Shown here in pieces: positions 11,107-21,849 of a DNA stretch of 64,000 nt (within the stretch, counting starts at the first letter, position 1; each line of letters opens with the position of its first letter). The stretch is from an uncultured Gammaproteobacteria bacterium (GTDB lineage Bacteria > Pseudomonadota > Gammaproteobacteria > Pseudomonadales > Litorivicinaceae), in the NCBI GenBank assembly GCA_913057215.1, contig CAJXNQ010000006.1:5117-69116 (forward strand). The letters are read 5' to 3'. The position numbers and the translations under genes are program-made. Below the pieces are notes generated by a model, which ran no database searches, was not told where the DNA came from, and was given only the letters and a program-made list of their open reading frames with translations.

Positions 11107-12899
11107 TCGACCTTCAGAACCGCCAAGAATGCATCTTGTGGAATTTCGACCCGACCCACCTGTTTCATGCGTTTTTTTCCTGCTTTTTGTTTTTCCAACA
11201 GCTTACGCTTCCGCGACGCGTCGCCACCATAACATTTTGCGGTGACATTTTTACGGAGTGCTTTGACGGTCGTCCGTGCAATCACATGCCGACCAATGGC
11301 TGCTTGGATCGCAACATCAAACATTTGCCGTGGAATCAATTCACGCAATTTCTCAGCGAGTTCGCGACCGCGGCTTTGCGCCAAATCTCGGTGCACGATC
11401 GCTGCCAAGGCATCGACACGCTCACTGTTGATTAAAATATCCAAGCGCACGAGCGGACAGGCTTCAAAGCGGACAAAACTGTAATCGAGCGACCCGAATC
11501 CACGCGTCGCTGATTTCAATCGATCAAAGAAATCCATGACCACTTCAGCCATTGGTAAGTCAAATTCAATTTGAACTTGGCTTCCTAAGTACTTCAAATC
11601 TTTCTGCATTCCGCGCTTTTCTACGCAAAGTGTGATCACCGCACCGACAAACTCATTGGGAACCAGGATCGTTGCGTTGACAATGGGCTCGCGCATCTCA
11701 GCAATGGACCCAACATCTGGCAAACGCGAGGGATTATCGACATAGTGGGTTTCACCATCATCGGTGATGACTTCATACACAACCGTCGGCGCGGATGTGA
11801 TCAAATCAAGATCATATTCGCGTTCAAGCCGTTCCTGAATGATTTCCATGTGCAACATGCCAAGGAACCCACACCGAAATCCAAAGCCGAGAGCGTCTGA
11901 GCTTTCCGGCTCATACACGAGGCTCGCGTCATTGAGCGTGAGCTTTTCAAGCGCCTCACGGAAATCCTCAAAATCATCTGCCGATACTGGAAACAGTCCT
12001 GAATACACCTGCGGTTTCACCTGTTTAAATCCAGGTAATGAGGGTGTTTCTGGATACTTCGCATCCACCAGGGTATCGCCCACAGGTGCCCCGTGGATGT
12101 CCTTAATCCCGGCAATCATAAAACCAACCTGACCGGCTTCGAGCACACCGGTTGGCTGGCGCTTCGGGGTAAACACACCCACGTCATCAACTTGCCAATC
12201 CCGACCGGTGCTTTTGACCCGAATCTTTTGTCCTTTGCGCAAAGACCCCTTCATCACGCGAACCAGTGACACAACGCCGAGATAGTTGTCGAACCAAGAG
12301 TCGATGATCAACGCCTCAGTGGGTGCATCGCGATCGGCCGTTGGCGGTGGAATTTTGACGATCAGTTGTTCGAGCAACTCATGGATTCCCATGCCGCTCT
12401 TCGCAGAGCACGCGATGGCCTCGGATGCATCAATGCCAATGATGTTTTCGATTTCGGCCTGCACGCGCTCCGGCTCGGCTTGCGGGAGATCCATCTTATT
12501 TAAGACCGGAACCACCTCAAGACCCTGTTCGATTGCGGTATAGCAGTTGGCCACCGATTGAGCCTCAACCCCTTGGGCGGCATCCACGACGAGCAGCGCG
12601 CCCTCACAGGCATATAAGGATCGAGACACCTCATAACTGAAATCAACATGCCCCGGCGTGTCAATGAAGTTCAGTTCGTAAATCTGTCCGTCATCCGCCT
12701 GATAATTCAGCGTCACGCTCTGCGCTTTGATGGTAATCCCGCGTTCACGCTCGATATCCATCGAATCGAGGACCTGAGTCGCCATCTCGCGCTCAGACAA
12801 ACCGCCGCACATCTGGATAAACCGATCCGCCAGTGTCGATTTACCATGATCAATGTGTGCAATGATCGAGAAATTCCGGATATGTGACGGTGCAGTCAA
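11103..12899 (-). CDS. lepA: Translation elongation factor 4 (LepA)
   Basis: 598 aa. [32 protein letters not shown], and the LepA-specific C-terminal domain. Confidence 0.97.
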   Translation of the reverse strand: MTAPSHIRNFSIIAHIDHGKSTLADRFIQMCGGLSEREMATQVLDSMDIERERGITIKAQSVTLNYQADDGQIYELNFIDTPGHVDFSYEVSRSLYACEGALLVVDAAQGVEAQSVANCYTAIEQGLEVVPVLNKMDLPQAEPERVQAEIENIIGIDASEAIACSAKSGMGIHELLEQLIVKIPPPTADRDAPTEALIIDSWFDNYLGVVSLVRVMKGSLRKGQKIRVKSTGRDWQVDDVGVFTPKRQPTGVLEAGQVGFMIAGIKDIHGAPVGDTLVDAKYPETPSLPGFKQVKPQVYSGLFPVSADDFEDFREALEKLTLNDASLVYEPESSDALGFGFRCGFLGMLHMEIIQERLEREYDLDLITSAPTVVYEVITDDGETHYVDNPSRLPDVGSIAEMREPIVNATILVPNEFVGAVITLCVEKRGMQKDLKYLGSQVQIEFDLPMAEVVMDFFDRLKSATRGFGSLDYSFVRFEACPLVRLDILINSERVDALAAIVHRDLAQSRGRELAEKLRELIPRQMFDVAIQAAIGRHVIARTTVKALRKNVTAKCYGGDASRKRKLLEKQKAGKKRMKQVGRVEIPQDAFLAVLKVD

Positions 12900-12928
12900 A
12901 TGGCGCGCTCCTTTGCGAGTGGTGTAGT

Positions 12929-14308
12929 CTACCGGTCTAAACGCAAAGTGAGAAACGTTGAATTGCCTCCACGCACAACGAGTACAGGAATAGGACGATC
13001 TGTTGGCAGTTGATCCACCAAGGATCGAAGTGCATCCACTGACTCAACCACAGTGCCTCCGATTTGTGTAACCACATCGCCTGCGCGCAATCCCGCAGCC
13101 TGTCCCGGACCGTCAGAGACCTCTTTGACTAAAACGCCCCCTGAAATATTCAGCTCCCGTTGAAGGTCAGTCGGGACCTGCTCGACAAGCATCCCAAGCA
13201 CGGTGTTCTCTTGGTTTGGCTGCGCTGCAGTTCCGGCGATGGTCTGCGCATCGGGTAATTCCTCAATGGTCACATCCAACTCGATCTGCTCCCCATTCCG
13301 GACAACATCCACAGGCACCGTGGTACCGGGCTGCACCAAACCGACCATCGGTGGCAATGCAGAGGACCGCTCAACCTCTTTGCCATTAAAGCCGACAATG
13401 ATATCACCGGGCTGAATACCCGCTTTGCCGGCCGGACCTGAGGCAGACGCCTGAGCTACCAAGGCACCCATGGGCTTTTCTAGATTAAACGACAGCGCTA
13501 AATCCCGACTGACTTCCTGGATCAAAACACCCAGCCAGCCGCGACGAACAACACCTGTGTCTTGGAGTTGTTGGGCCACGTTCATGACCAAATTGGTCGG
13601 AATCGCAAACGACAACCCCATGAAACCGCCAGAGCGCGTGAAAATTTGCGAGTTAATCCCGACGACTTCACCGTCGAGGTTAAATAGAGGACCGCCGGAA
13701 TTCCCGGGATTAATTGCGACATCGGTCTGGATAAAGGGAACGTAGCTTTCATCAGGAAGCGCACGCCCAACCGCACTCACGATGCCGGCGGTCACGCTGT
13801 AATCAAAACCGAAGGGTGAGCCGATCGCAACAACCCACTGCCCAGGCCTCACGTCTTCACTGTCAGCAATTTGAGCCACCGGTAAATTATCAGCATCAAT
13901 CTTTAACAAAGCGATGTCGGACCGTGGATCCGTTCCGATCACATCGGCAATGAATTCTCGACGGTCATTGAGTCGAACAATGACGGTGTCCGCTCCCTCG
14001 ACCACGTGGTTGTTCGTTAAAATATATCCATCATCTGAAATCACAAAGCCAGATCCCAGTGAACGACCTTCACGCTCTTGTGGTGGCATGGGGACACCAC
14101 GTTCAAAAAACTCGCGGAAAAATGGTGGCAACTGGTCCATATCGGGCATTTGTTGGTTCGGTCGCATGGTTTGCTCTGAACGCGTTGAAATATTCACCAC
14201 TGAGGGCGCCACCTCTTCAACCAAATCACGAAAGTCAGGAAGTGCAGCCTGCGCAGACAGACTGAGTCCGAGCATCAACGCAACACATATATTCACCACT
14301 GTTTTCAT
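12929..14308 (-). CDS. mucD: Periplasmic serine endoprotease, DegP/MucD family
   Basis: Signal peptide, catalytic triad blocks (TNNHVV, DIALLK, GNSGGPL) and two PDZ domains. Sits downstream of rseABC as in Pseudomonas-type algU-mucABCD operons. Confidence 0.9.
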   Translation of the reverse strand: MKTVVNICVALMLGLSLSAQAALPDFRDLVEEVAPSVVNISTRSEQTMRPNQQMPDMDQLPPFFREFFERGVPMPPQEREGRSLGSGFVISDDGYILTNNHVVEGADTVIVRLNDRREFIADVIGTDPRSDIALLKIDADNLPVAQIADSEDVRPGQWVVAIGSPFGFDYSVTAGIVSAVGRALPDESYVPFIQTDVAINPGNSGGPLFNLDGEVVGINSQIFTRSGGFMGLSFAIPTNLVMNVAQQLQDTGVVRRGWLGVLIQEVSRDLALSFNLEKPMGALVAQASASGPAGKAGIQPGDIIVGFNGKEVERSSALPPMVGLVQPGTTVPVDVVRNGEQIELDVTIEELPDAQTIAGTAAQPNQENTVLGMLVEQVPTDLQRELNISGGVLVKEVSDGPGQAAGLRAGDVVTQIGGTVVESVDALRSLVDQLPTDRPIPVLVVRGGNSTFLTLRLDR

Positions 14309-14712
14309 TGTTTAATCCTCACCTCTAAATCACCGGCTCGAAGGTGGCCCACAAACCAACCCAGACATAACCCGATGAATCCAAATCCCGCCTCAAGCCA
14401 TTCAACCGGCGCCAGACTGTTACCAAGCAGTAACCCCAACACCAGACCACTGAGCGCGGCGCCATAGCGCCATACCAGCTGACGCGTGAGCGCAGACTCG
14501 TCAACGACCACTGTCACAACATCACCGGCTTTCAAAGATATGGGTGCATCGATTGGAATCTCAAAGCCTTGCACTTGAGATTGTGGAGACAACCAATCCA
14601 TTCGACACCGACCACTGGTCTGGCAGCGTGAACACAGTGTGGTCGATATAGCCCGTGCACGGATATGACCACCCACACGTTCAGTGATTTCAACAGATCG
14701 CTCGCAACTCAC
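14305..14712 (-). CDS. rseC: Sigma-E regulatory protein RseC/MucC
   Basis: 135 aa. N-terminal Cys cluster (CSRCQTSGRC) and two C-terminal TM helices, in the rseB-rseC position. Confidence 0.75.
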   Translation of the reverse strand: MSCERSVEITERVGGHIRARAISTTLCSRCQTSGRCRMDWLSPQSQVQGFEIPIDAPISLKAGDVVTVVVDESALTRQLVWRYGAALSGLVLGLLLGNSLAPVEWLEAGFGFIGLCLGWFVGHLRAGDLEVRIKQ

Positions 14713-15692
14713 TGGGCTCGGCTTAAGAGCCCCTTCAATCCGTCCACGTCGAGCGCCTCAATGATGGTACGCCCAGTTGCCGGTGGAATTTCACCGACCA
14801 AGGTGACACGCAGCGCACTGCCAGACAGCGGATAATCTTTCCCCAAAGCCACTGTTGGACCCAGAATGGCTTGCATATCTGGCTGAGCCCGCGCATTCAA
14901 CAACTCCAAAAAGATCGAGAAACTGCCCAATCCATCGGAGTACACGAGGGTATAAATGCGCTGTCCAGCAGCTCGAGAAGGCAAGGCCGACACCAGCTGA
15001 TAGCCTGACGGCAACCAGCTGGCCGGTGAAAATTGCAGAACAGACTCCGCTTTCCTGATTGGGTAGACCCGAACCTGCAAGGATGCATCGCCAGTGGCCA
15101 CATCGATTTGCTGCGCACCCAATGTCAACTCTGAAAACTCAAACTGTTCAAGTACCTGATCGTCTGCATTCAGAGTTTGCGATTTGAGTAACAGCGATGA
15201 TTCCTGATCAACCCAGAACCGGTAGCTGTGGCGATGGCCGTCGAGCGCCTCGACATAGACGATCTGCGCCAAACGGTCCGCGACACGCTCTTCAGATTCA
15301 AGTGAGAGCCGATAGGGTGCGTCGAGTACATGCCTGATCTCTGCATTGAGTAGACCAGGAAGCGGATATCCCTGCCGGAGGACATTGGGACCCGGTGACG
15401 CTTCGATCAGTGACTGACCTGTTTGAGCCCGCTCCATGGGCGATCCAGACAAGCGTCTGAGACGAGCCACCTCTTCCCCATCGACAACATCATGCTGGAA
15501 TGCCAAGTTGGCCAGTACGTCTGCCCGCTGATACACGAGTTTCCCAGAATACGAGAGTGAACGGACGGCCGTGGCCATGGACCGCAGCGTATCGAGTGCC
15601 GGTTCAGAGGTGATTGCAAAGACAGGGTTGGACGCTGTGACCAGTACCACCCAACAAACGGTCATCCATCGAAGCGCTCTGAGACGGCTCAC
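14709..15692 (-). CDS. rseB: Sigma-E regulatory protein RseB/MucB
   Basis: 327 aa with a signal peptide. Operon position and length fit. The LSYSGKLVYQR block is typical of MucB/RseB. Confidence 0.85.
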   Translation of the reverse strand: MSRLRALRWMTVCWVVLVTASNPVFAITSEPALDTLRSMATAVRSLSYSGKLVYQRADVLANLAFQHDVVDGEEVARLRRLSGSPMERAQTGQSLIEASPGPNVLRQGYPLPGLLNAEIRHVLDAPYRLSLESEERVADRLAQIVYVEALDGHRHSYRFWVDQESSLLLKSQTLNADDQVLEQFEFSELTLGAQQIDVATGDASLQVRVYPIRKAESVLQFSPASWLPSGYQLVSALPSRAAGQRIYTLVYSDGLGSFSIFLELLNARAQPDMQAILGPTVALGKDYPLSGSALRVTLVGEIPPATGRTIIEALDVDGLKGLLSRAQ

Positions 15693-16351
15693 TCGATTGG
15701 CTCGTCACGCCCCATGATGCGAGCCAGTGGCAACACCGACGTCCCACCGACGACGGCTGTGTTTTCAGCATGTCGGATGAGATAGCTGCTTAAGCGGTCA
15801 CTGACAAGCTGCTTCATATCCTGTTCAGTTAAGATCCGTGGCCCAGACCGATCGACTTGGGTCGTCTCGGCCGTCATGCCCGACACGGATACAGTCTCCT
15901 TTTGCACGGGCATTTGGAATTTAATAATTTCAAGGGGTTCTGACTGTGCCACTGCCGGTTGTGTCTCGACAGGAGCAACCACCTTCACGCCGATCACAAC
16001 GGCAAAGGCAATCGAGGCCGCAATCGCGAGCTGCCCACCCAGCGCCGCAAAGCGGTTTGGCAACGGCTCTTTTGTCGGCAGAAATGTGACATGAGCATTG
16101 TCTTGAACGGCCGGTGAATCAACAATCGCCGACGTCTCAGCCGCTCCGTCGAGCTCTGCATTGATGCGCTCTAACAAGGTCCGATCGACCACGGGCTCGC
16201 CCAGCATGGTGCTGCGAATCATGTGGCAGGATTCCCAATACGACTTCAAATCAGACCGGGATTTCAGGGAATCCGCAAGACGGCGGGACTCAAACTCTGT
16301 CGCTTCCTGATCAACCAATGCTGACACGGATTTGCGCAAGGTTTCGGTCAT
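15689..16351 (-). CDS. rseA: Anti-sigma-E factor RseA/MucA
   Basis: 220 aa. N-terminal anti-sigma domain (LSALVDQEATEFE...W..CHMIRSTM), a central TM helix, and position immediately downstream of rpoE. Confidence 0.75.
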   Translation of the reverse strand: MTETLRKSVSALVDQEATEFESRRLADSLKSRSDLKSYWESCHMIRSTMLGEPVVDRTLLERINAELDGAAETSAIVDSPAVQDNAHVTFLPTKEPLPNRFAALGGQLAIAASIAFAVVIGVKVVAPVETQPAVAQSEPLEIIKFQMPVQKETVSVSGMTAETTQVDRSGPRILTEQDMKQLVSDRLSSYLIRHAENTAVVGGTSVLPLARIMGRDEPIE

Positions 16352-16409
16352 CGAATCACCACTTGTTGTTGCTCTCTCATGAGTATCAATACCGCATTTG
16401 ACAGTTTAA

Positions 16410-17021
16410 TTACAAAAAAGTTTCAGGAAAACGAAGAGAAACTTCCTGAATCACCTGATCACGGGCCCGAAAGATCCGCGATCGCACCGTCCCAATCGGA
16501 CAATTCATGGTGTGCGCAATGTCTTCATAGCTCAATCCCTCGAGCTCGCGAAGCGTCAATGCGCGCTTTAAATCATCGGGCAATCGATCAATCGCATCGA
16601 GAATCGCCGCCTGTAATTGCTGAGCATCTGCCTCGGCATCAGGTGTTCCGATGTCTTGAAACACCGCATGGCGCTCCATCTCTTGCCCACTGTCGTCAAA
16701 CGACAGATCTCGCGCCTCTTTTCCGCGCGCTATCAAATGATTTTTCGCAGTATTCACAGCAATTCGATACAGCCAGGTATAAAATGCGCTCTCGCCACGA
16801 AAACTTGAGAGAGACCGGTAGGCCTTCACAAATGTATCTTGGAGTACATCCAAGGCATCAGACTGATTGGGCACCAATCTTGAGACTAACTGCAGGAGCC
16901 GCGATTGATACTTAATGACCAGCAAATCGAACGCATGACGGTCGCCAAGGCGCGCGCGATCGACGAGCAATTGCTCGTTATCGGCATCAATATTTCCAAT
17001 CGGCTCGACCTGGCTGACCAT
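16410..17021 (-). CDS. rpoE: RNA polymerase sigma-E (ECF sigma-24)
   Basis: Region 2 ([16 protein letters not shown]...[12 protein letters not shown]) and region 4 ([30 protein letters not shown]). I chose the ATG at 17021 (204 aa). The ORF-track start at 17252 would run through the nadB 5' end. Confidence 0.93.
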   Translation of the reverse strand: MVSQVEPIGNIDADNEQLLVDRARLGDRHAFDLLVIKYQSRLLQLVSRLVPNQSDALDVLQDTFVKAYRSLSSFRGESAFYTWLYRIAVNTAKNHLIARGKEARDLSFDDSGQEMERHAVFQDIGTPDAEADAQQLQAAILDAIDRLPDDLKRALTLRELEGLSYEDIAHTMNCPIGTVRSRIFRARDQVIQEVSLRFPETFL

Positions 17022-17082
17022 CAAAATACACCTAAATCCCAACCACAACAGTGACATACGTGCGCTTAAAGGACAAGTTAAG

Positions 17083-18678
17083 ATGATGGATTCTCCAACC
17101 CAACATGTGGTGGATGTACTGATTTTAGGTGCAGGAGCTGCTGGCCTGACGGTGGCGCTGTCTCTACCGAAGTCATTGCAGGTGGCCATACTCACCAAAG
17201 ATCCAAGTGGCGGCTCGACGCGCTGGGCCCAAGGTGGTGTGGCAGCGGTCATCGATGACCAAGATTCAATCGAATCTCATGTCGAGGACACGCTGGTTGC
17301 GGGCGCAGGATTATGCCACCGCGATGTTGTCGAAGCGGTGGTCACAGATGCACGCGAGTCGATCGATTGGCTGGTTGAACAAGGTGTGGCATTTACCATG
17401 GCGGATCAGAGCTACCACCTCACTCAAGAGGGTGGGCACTCACATCGCCGAATTTTACATGCGGCTGACGCGACTGGCTGGGCAATCCAAGACGCACTCG
17501 ATCGTCGAGCGGCTGATGCGAACAACATTCGGTTCTATCACAATTTCATTGCTGTCGATTTGTGTGTTGAACGCAGTCGAGGCGCACGCGGCCGACGCAC
17601 CAATGGATGCTATGTACTGAACAAAGAAACCGGTGAAGTCGACACCTTTCGAGCGCGCGCAGTGGTTTTGGCAACAGGCGGTGCCAGTAAAGTCTACAAG
17701 TACACATCCAATCCAGATGGCGCCAGCGGAGATGGCATCGCCATGGCCTGGCGTGCAGGGTGTCGAGTCGCGAATCTTGAATTCAACCAATTTCATCCAA
17801 CCTGTCTGTTCCATCCCGATGCCAAATCATTTTTAATCTCTGAAGCCGTCCGTGGCGAGGGTGGTCTTTTAAAACTTCCGGATGGAACGCGATTCATGCC
17901 CGGGTTTGACCCGCGGGGAGAGCTGGCCCCGCGCGACATTGTGGCCCGCGCGATCGACCATGAGATGAAGCGGATTGGCGCTGATCATCTGTATTTGGAT
18001 ATCACGCATCGTGATCCAGACTTTGTGAGAGCACATTTCCCGACGATCTATCAAAAGCTGCTTGAGCTCGGAATTGACATCACGCGTGACTGGATTCCGG
18101 TCGTCCCTGCCGCCCACTACACCTGCGGCGGCGTGCTTGTTGATTTAAACGGTGAAACCGATCTGCAAGGGCTGTATGCAGTTGGCGAGGTGTCTTCCAC
18201 AGGACTCCACGGAGCCAATCGAATGGCCTCAAATTCGTTGCTAGAGTGCATTGTATTCGGACGTTCGGCGGCAGCCCATATGACGTCTGATCTTCCCTCA
18301 ATCGATAGCATGGAGCCGCCTCCCATGTGGGATGCCTCACAAGTGACCGACAGTGATGAAGACGTCATCATTGCCCACAATTGGGCCGAGATACGCCGAT
18401 TCATGTGGGACTATGTTGGCATCGTCCGCACCGACAAACGACTGCGACGTGCGCTCAATCGAGCACAACTCTTAGCACGTGAGATTCACGATTTCTATGC
18501 CAACTACCGGGTCACAGCACCCTTGATCGAATTGAGAAACTTGGTCGTGGTCGCAGAGCTGATTGTGCGCTCAGCACTCAAGCGAGAAGAGTCCAGAGGC
18601 TTACATTACACACTCGATCATCCAGATCTCTCCAAGCATCCGGCCGATACGATACTCATTCCGGGGCGTGACAGCTAA
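17083..18678 (+). CDS. nadB: L-aspartate oxidase
   Basis: 531 aa. FAD fold [11 protein letters not shown], plus AQGG, HPT and GGLLKL... blocks of the NadB/succinate dehydrogenase flavoprotein family. Divergent from rpoE, as in many gammaproteobacteria. Confidence 0.95.
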   Translation: MMDSPTQHVVDVLILGAGAAGLTVALSLPKSLQVAILTKDPSGGSTRWAQGGVAAVIDDQDSIESHVEDTLVAGAGLCHRDVVEAVVTDARESIDWLVEQGVAFTMADQSYHLTQEGGHSHRRILHAADATGWAIQDALDRRAADANNIRFYHNFIAVDLCVERSRGARGRRTNGCYVLNKETGEVDTFRARAVVLATGGASKVYKYTSNPDGASGDGIAMAWRAGCRVANLEFNQFHPTCLFHPDAKSFLISEAVRGEGGLLKLPDGTRFMPGFDPRGELAPRDIVARAIDHEMKRIGADHLYLDITHRDPDFVRAHFPTIYQKLLELGIDITRDWIPVVPAAHYTCGGVLVDLNGETDLQGLYAVGEVSSTGLHGANRMASNSLLECIVFGRSAAAHMTSDLPSIDSMEPPPMWDASQVTDSDEDVIIAHNWAEIRRFMWDYVGIVRTDKRLRRALNRAQLLAREIHDFYANYRVTAPLIELRNLVVVAELIVRSALKREESRGLHYTLDHPDLSKHPADTILIPGRDS

Positions 18679-18907
18679 ACTGCGCACGCCATTCAAGGCG
18701 TCGCCAGGTGGCCTGTCTGCGCGACGCGATCAAATGCAACCGGTGTCCCGATGGCGTATCGAGTACAGCGTACCCAAGGGGCCCGATTCGCCAGACGAAT
18801 ACGGAAACGTCGGCCATGTACTCCGCTCGCAAAGGATTCAGTGTCACATGCGCCGTCCAGCGGACGGCCAGCGGATAACCGAGGCGATGGGTTACAACCG
18901 CTAGCAC
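18656..18907 (-). pseudogene. Possible truncated YgfX/CptA-like ORF downstream of sdhE (83 aa, no TM hairpin)
   Basis: The GTG start overlaps the sdhE stop by 7 nt. The tail GHRLHLIASRRQATWRRLEWR resembles my recollection of the C-terminal half of E. coli YgfX (GKRQHLWLAADSMDEAEWRDLRRIL). The two N-terminal TM helices of the family are absent. Confidence 0.25.
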
Positions 18908-19176
18908 GCGCCAGATTGGCCTGATAAATCTCCAACCGCCTCACGCACCTGCCGCACAATCTGAGCCAAAACCGGATCCTCAGGTTCCCGAAATCCCCGC
19001 AAATACTCCCAGATATCCTGGTCTTCACAGTCGAGCAATTGCCGGTACGCCGACTGATCTGAGGCCGAAAGCGTTTGGTAGTGGTCTTTCGTGAATGGCA
19101 TTAACATCACATCAATTTCCAACATGCCGCGCCTTGAGTGCCACGTCAGCCGGTTGAATTCGGTCCGTTCGTCCAT
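18901..19176 (-). CDS. sdhE: FAD assembly factor SdhE (YgfY/CptB)
   Basis: 91 aa. RLTWHSRRGMLEIDVMLMPF...W matches the SdhE RGxxE motif and length. Confidence 0.85.
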   Translation of the reverse strand: MDERTEFNRLTWHSRRGMLEIDVMLMPFTKDHYQTLSASDQSAYRQLLDCEDQDIWEYLRGFREPEDPVLAQIVRQVREAVGDLSGQSGAC

Positions 19177-19221
19177 ACTCCCTCCTCATCATTGCCAAGT
19201 GTAGCACCCGAGGAAAAAACC

Positions 19222-20025
19222 ATGCTGTCAGAGCCCACATTTCGTGTGATCGCATTCCGCGGAGATCAAGTGATCAAGGCGCTCAACGGGCAGTCCACAC
19301 AAGCGCTGACTGAAATGTCAGACGCATTTGCCCCACTGGGTGCGTTTTGTGACCCCAAAGGCCGGATGATCGGATCTGGCCGATTTATCCTGTTAGATGA
19401 TCAACTGCACTTCATCACACCGGGGTCGCAAATCGAAGATTTGATGGCACACCTCAAGCCGTTTCTGACCCTCGCGCGCGCCGAAGCCATGATCAGCCCA
19501 CTCGACTGCAGATTGATCCGATCGGACTCTCCACGTGATCCCGGGACCGTGACTCAAGGTGCAGACGATATCTTGGTGCATGAGCACGGACACACATGCT
19601 GGGCTTTGCGCCATCACCCAATGCAAGGAGACATAGAGGCGCACCGAAATCGTCTCAATGCGGGCCTTGGATTTGTGCAGGCCGGCTCAGCCCGGCAATT
19701 GATTCCGCAACAGGCGCACTACCAGATGCTTGGCGGCGTGAGTTTCACCAAAGGATGCTACACCGGCCAAGAGGTGATCGCGCGGCTTGAGCATCTCGGC
19801 CAAGCAAAAAAAACACTTCGCATCTACACGGGTCACCAATCATTGAGTGCGGGCGATCTGTATCACATCGACGGGCACGATTGCCTTGTCTTCGATGCGG
19901 TCACTGATACAGACATGACGACTGCATTGGTGCTTTGCCCCGAGGCTCTGGAGTCAGAAGAGTTGTTGCGTGTGCCCTTTGAAATCACCCGACAGGTCGC
20001 TGGGGAGCGTCCAGTCAAGCGGTGA
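19222..20025 (+). CDS. ygfZ: Folate-binding tRNA-modification/Fe-S protein YgfZ
   Basis: Conserved FTKGCYTGQE(V)IAR motif (KGC[Y/F]xGQE). I chose the ATG at 19222, which has GAGGA 7 nt upstream. Confidence 0.8.
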   Translation: MLSEPTFRVIAFRGDQVIKALNGQSTQALTEMSDAFAPLGAFCDPKGRMIGSGRFILLDDQLHFITPGSQIEDLMAHLKPFLTLARAEAMISPLDCRLIRSDSPRDPGTVTQGADDILVHEHGHTCWALRHHPMQGDIEAHRNRLNAGLGFVQAGSARQLIPQQAHYQMLGGVSFTKGCYTGQEVIARLEHLGQAKKTLRIYTGHQSLSAGDLYHIDGHDCLVFDAVTDTDMTTALVLCPEALESEELLRVPFEITRQVAGERPVKR

Positions 20026-20670
20026 CTGTGCATGCGCATGACGCGCCTGGTTAATTCGCGTAAACGGCTGAGAGCCAATAAATCCACGGTGTGCGGATAA
20101 CGGCGACGGATGGGGTGCTTCGATCACAGTATGTCTACTTGCGATCTGACCACGGATCATCTGCGCATCGCGTCCCCAAAGGCAAAACACCACATGACTC
20201 GCCTGATTGGAGATGCGCTGGATACACAGGTCGGTAAAGCGCTCCCACCCAAGACCACGATGACTGCCCGCCTCCCCAGGCTTGACAGTGAGCACACGGT
20301 TGACCAGCAACACGCCTTGCCGAGTCCATGCTGTCAGATCGCCGGATGCCGGCATCGGACGACCGGTATCTGTCGTATATTCCCGCAGAATATTTCTCAA
20401 ACTGGGCGGTATTGGGACGTCTGACCTGACCGAAAATGAAAGGCCCATGGCTTGCCCTGTGCCGTGGTATGGGTCTTGTCCGACGATCACAACTTGCACA
20501 GCCTCCGGTGCTACACACTCAAATGCATGGAAACGCTCCGACACCGCTGGATAGGCGGTGTCTTCCCACAGTCGTGGGTCTGCTGCATCTGCAATGGCAA
20601 CGAGACGATCTGTGCCAAGAAAACGGCACCAGGATTCAGGCAATCCGCGGAACATTTCAACTGGGTGCAT
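19954..20670 (-). CDS. ung: Uracil-DNA glycosylase (family 1)
   Basis: VVIVGQDPYHG, GLSFSV, LLLNxVLTV-like LLVNRVLTV and HPSPLSA motifs. I chose the ATG at 20670; the ORF-track start at 20967 overlaps the divergent gene. Confidence 0.92.
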   Translation of the reverse strand: MHPVEMFRGLPESWCRFLGTDRLVAIADAADPRLWEDTAYPAVSERFHAFECVAPEAVQVVIVGQDPYHGTGQAMGLSFSVRSDVPIPPSLRNILREYTTDTGRPMPASGDLTAWTRQGVLLVNRVLTVKPGEAGSHRGLGWERFTDLCIQRISNQASHVVFCLWGRDAQMIRGQIASRHTVIEAPHPSPLSAHRGFIGSQPFTRINQARHAHAQSPLDWTLPSDLSGDFKGHTQQLF

Positions 20671-20718
20671 GTTTTTCTGTGTCTTTCTGTATAATTCGGC
20701 TTCGCACAAGGATACTGA

Positions 20719-21849
20719 ATGAACCACGATACGGATATTGCCCCCTACACTGATGACGATGTCCCTGCGGTGATCAATCACCTGCTGGATGATCCTGATT
20801 TTATCGATGCAGTTGGCAAATTTCGGTTGAAAGGCTGGTATCCCTGGCTGAAGCCCTTTGTTGTCGAGCGTATCCGCGCCGCAGTTCGAAAACGAACAGC
20901 GCACATTAATACGATCGCCACGTTTCAGTCGGCTCTTGAGCCACTTCTTGCTGAAATACTCAGTCAAACAACCGAAACATTTACGGTCTCAGGCCTTGAG
21001 CATCTGGATGCAAATGAGGCCTATCTATTTCTGAGCAACCATCGCGACATCGCGATGGATCCTGCATTTGTCAATTGGGCGCTTTACACCGGTGGATTTG
21101 AGACTGTACGGATCGCAATCGGTGATAATTTAGTGCAGAAAGCCTTTGTCGGTCACCTGATGCGTTTGAATAAAAGCTTCATAGTCAAACGCGATGTCTC
21201 AGGCCCCCGGGAGATGCTGAAAACCTACAGTGCGCTCTCAAACTACATTCGTGACTCTTTAGACACAGGGCATCCTGTATGGATTGCCCATCGTGAGGGG
21301 CGCGCCAAAGACGGGATCGATCGAACTGATCCAGCCATTCTTAAAATGTTATCAATGGCAGGTAAAACCCGCCAGGAGACGTTTCAGAAAGCGCTGCAAG
21401 CACTCCGCATCGTTCCAGTCTCCATCTCGTACGAATTCGACCCCTGCGCCCCTCTGAAGGCGCGCGAACTCGCCGTGACTGAACGTGATGGGCAGTATGT
21501 CAAAGGAGCCAATGAAGATATCCACTCCATTGCAACAGGGATCATGGGTTGGAAAGGTCGCGTGCATCTCCATTTCGGAGCCATCATTGAGGACGTCCCT
21601 GACACCCCAGCAGCACTTGCGCAGGATATCGACCACCACATCGCATTGGGACAGAGGGTTTTTGATACAGGCCGCCTTGCCGACGCCATGCTCAATCAAG
21701 TGAGCCAACCGCTTGACTTGATGCCGGATGTTGCTCAGCGCTTTACGCGGCTCATCGCAAAAACACCGCGCCAATATCAAACGAAATTACTCGAGATTTA
21801 TGCGAACCCGTTCCGGCAGTTCACCCTTCATCAAGAGCGCAAGCTCTAG
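20719..21849 (+). CDS. Phospholipid/glycerol acyltransferase family protein (376 aa)
   Basis: Acyltransferase block LSNHRDIAMDPAF and a downstream AHREGRAKDG block. The specific substrate cannot be told from sequence. Confidence 0.7.
   Translation: MNHDTDIAPYTDDDVPAVINHLLDDPDFIDAVGKFRLKGWYPWLKPFVVERIRAAVRKRTAHINTIATFQSALEPLLAEILSQTTETFTVSGLEHLDANEAYLFLSNHRDIAMDPAFVNWALYTGGFETVRIAIGDNLVQKAFVGHLMRLNKSFIVKRDVSGPREMLKTYSALSNYIRDSLDTGHPVWIAHREGRAKDGIDRTDPAILKMLSMAGKTRQETFQKALQALRIVPVSISYEFDPCAPLKARELAVTERDGQYVKGANEDIHSIATGIMGWKGRVHLHFGAIIEDVPDTPAALAQDIDHHIALGQRVFDTGRLADAMLNQVSQPLDLMPDVAQRFTRLIAKTPRQYQTKLLEIYANPFRQFTLHQERKL

Noticed and set aside
17022-17082. A sigma-E-type autoregulatory promoter in the rpoE-nadB gap: TAACTT (17075-17080, minus strand) and a possible TGTCA -10 element.
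   Set aside because: The -35 match is partial. The spacing to any TC..A-type -10 element is 18-20 nt rather than 16-17 nt. Too weak to call without TSS data.
16410-17252. Long N-terminal extensions given in the ORF track. Affected ORFs: rpoE (to 17252), mlaA (to 1169), ung (to 20967), EamA (to 34856), GDPD (to 47353), GNAT (from 42885), ygfZ (from 19138) and sseA (to 55097).
   Set aside because: In each case the extension overlaps the neighbouring gene or lacks homology to the family. An internal ATG or GTG with a Shine-Dalgarno-like sequence, or an ATGA coupling, gives the expected protein length.
18693-19028. A 111-aa minus-strand ORF overlapping sdhE in another frame.
   Set aside because: It overlaps the conserved sdhE frame. 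It is Arg/Cys-rich with no homology pattern, and the 83-aa frame is the better (still weak) candidate for the post-sdhE position.
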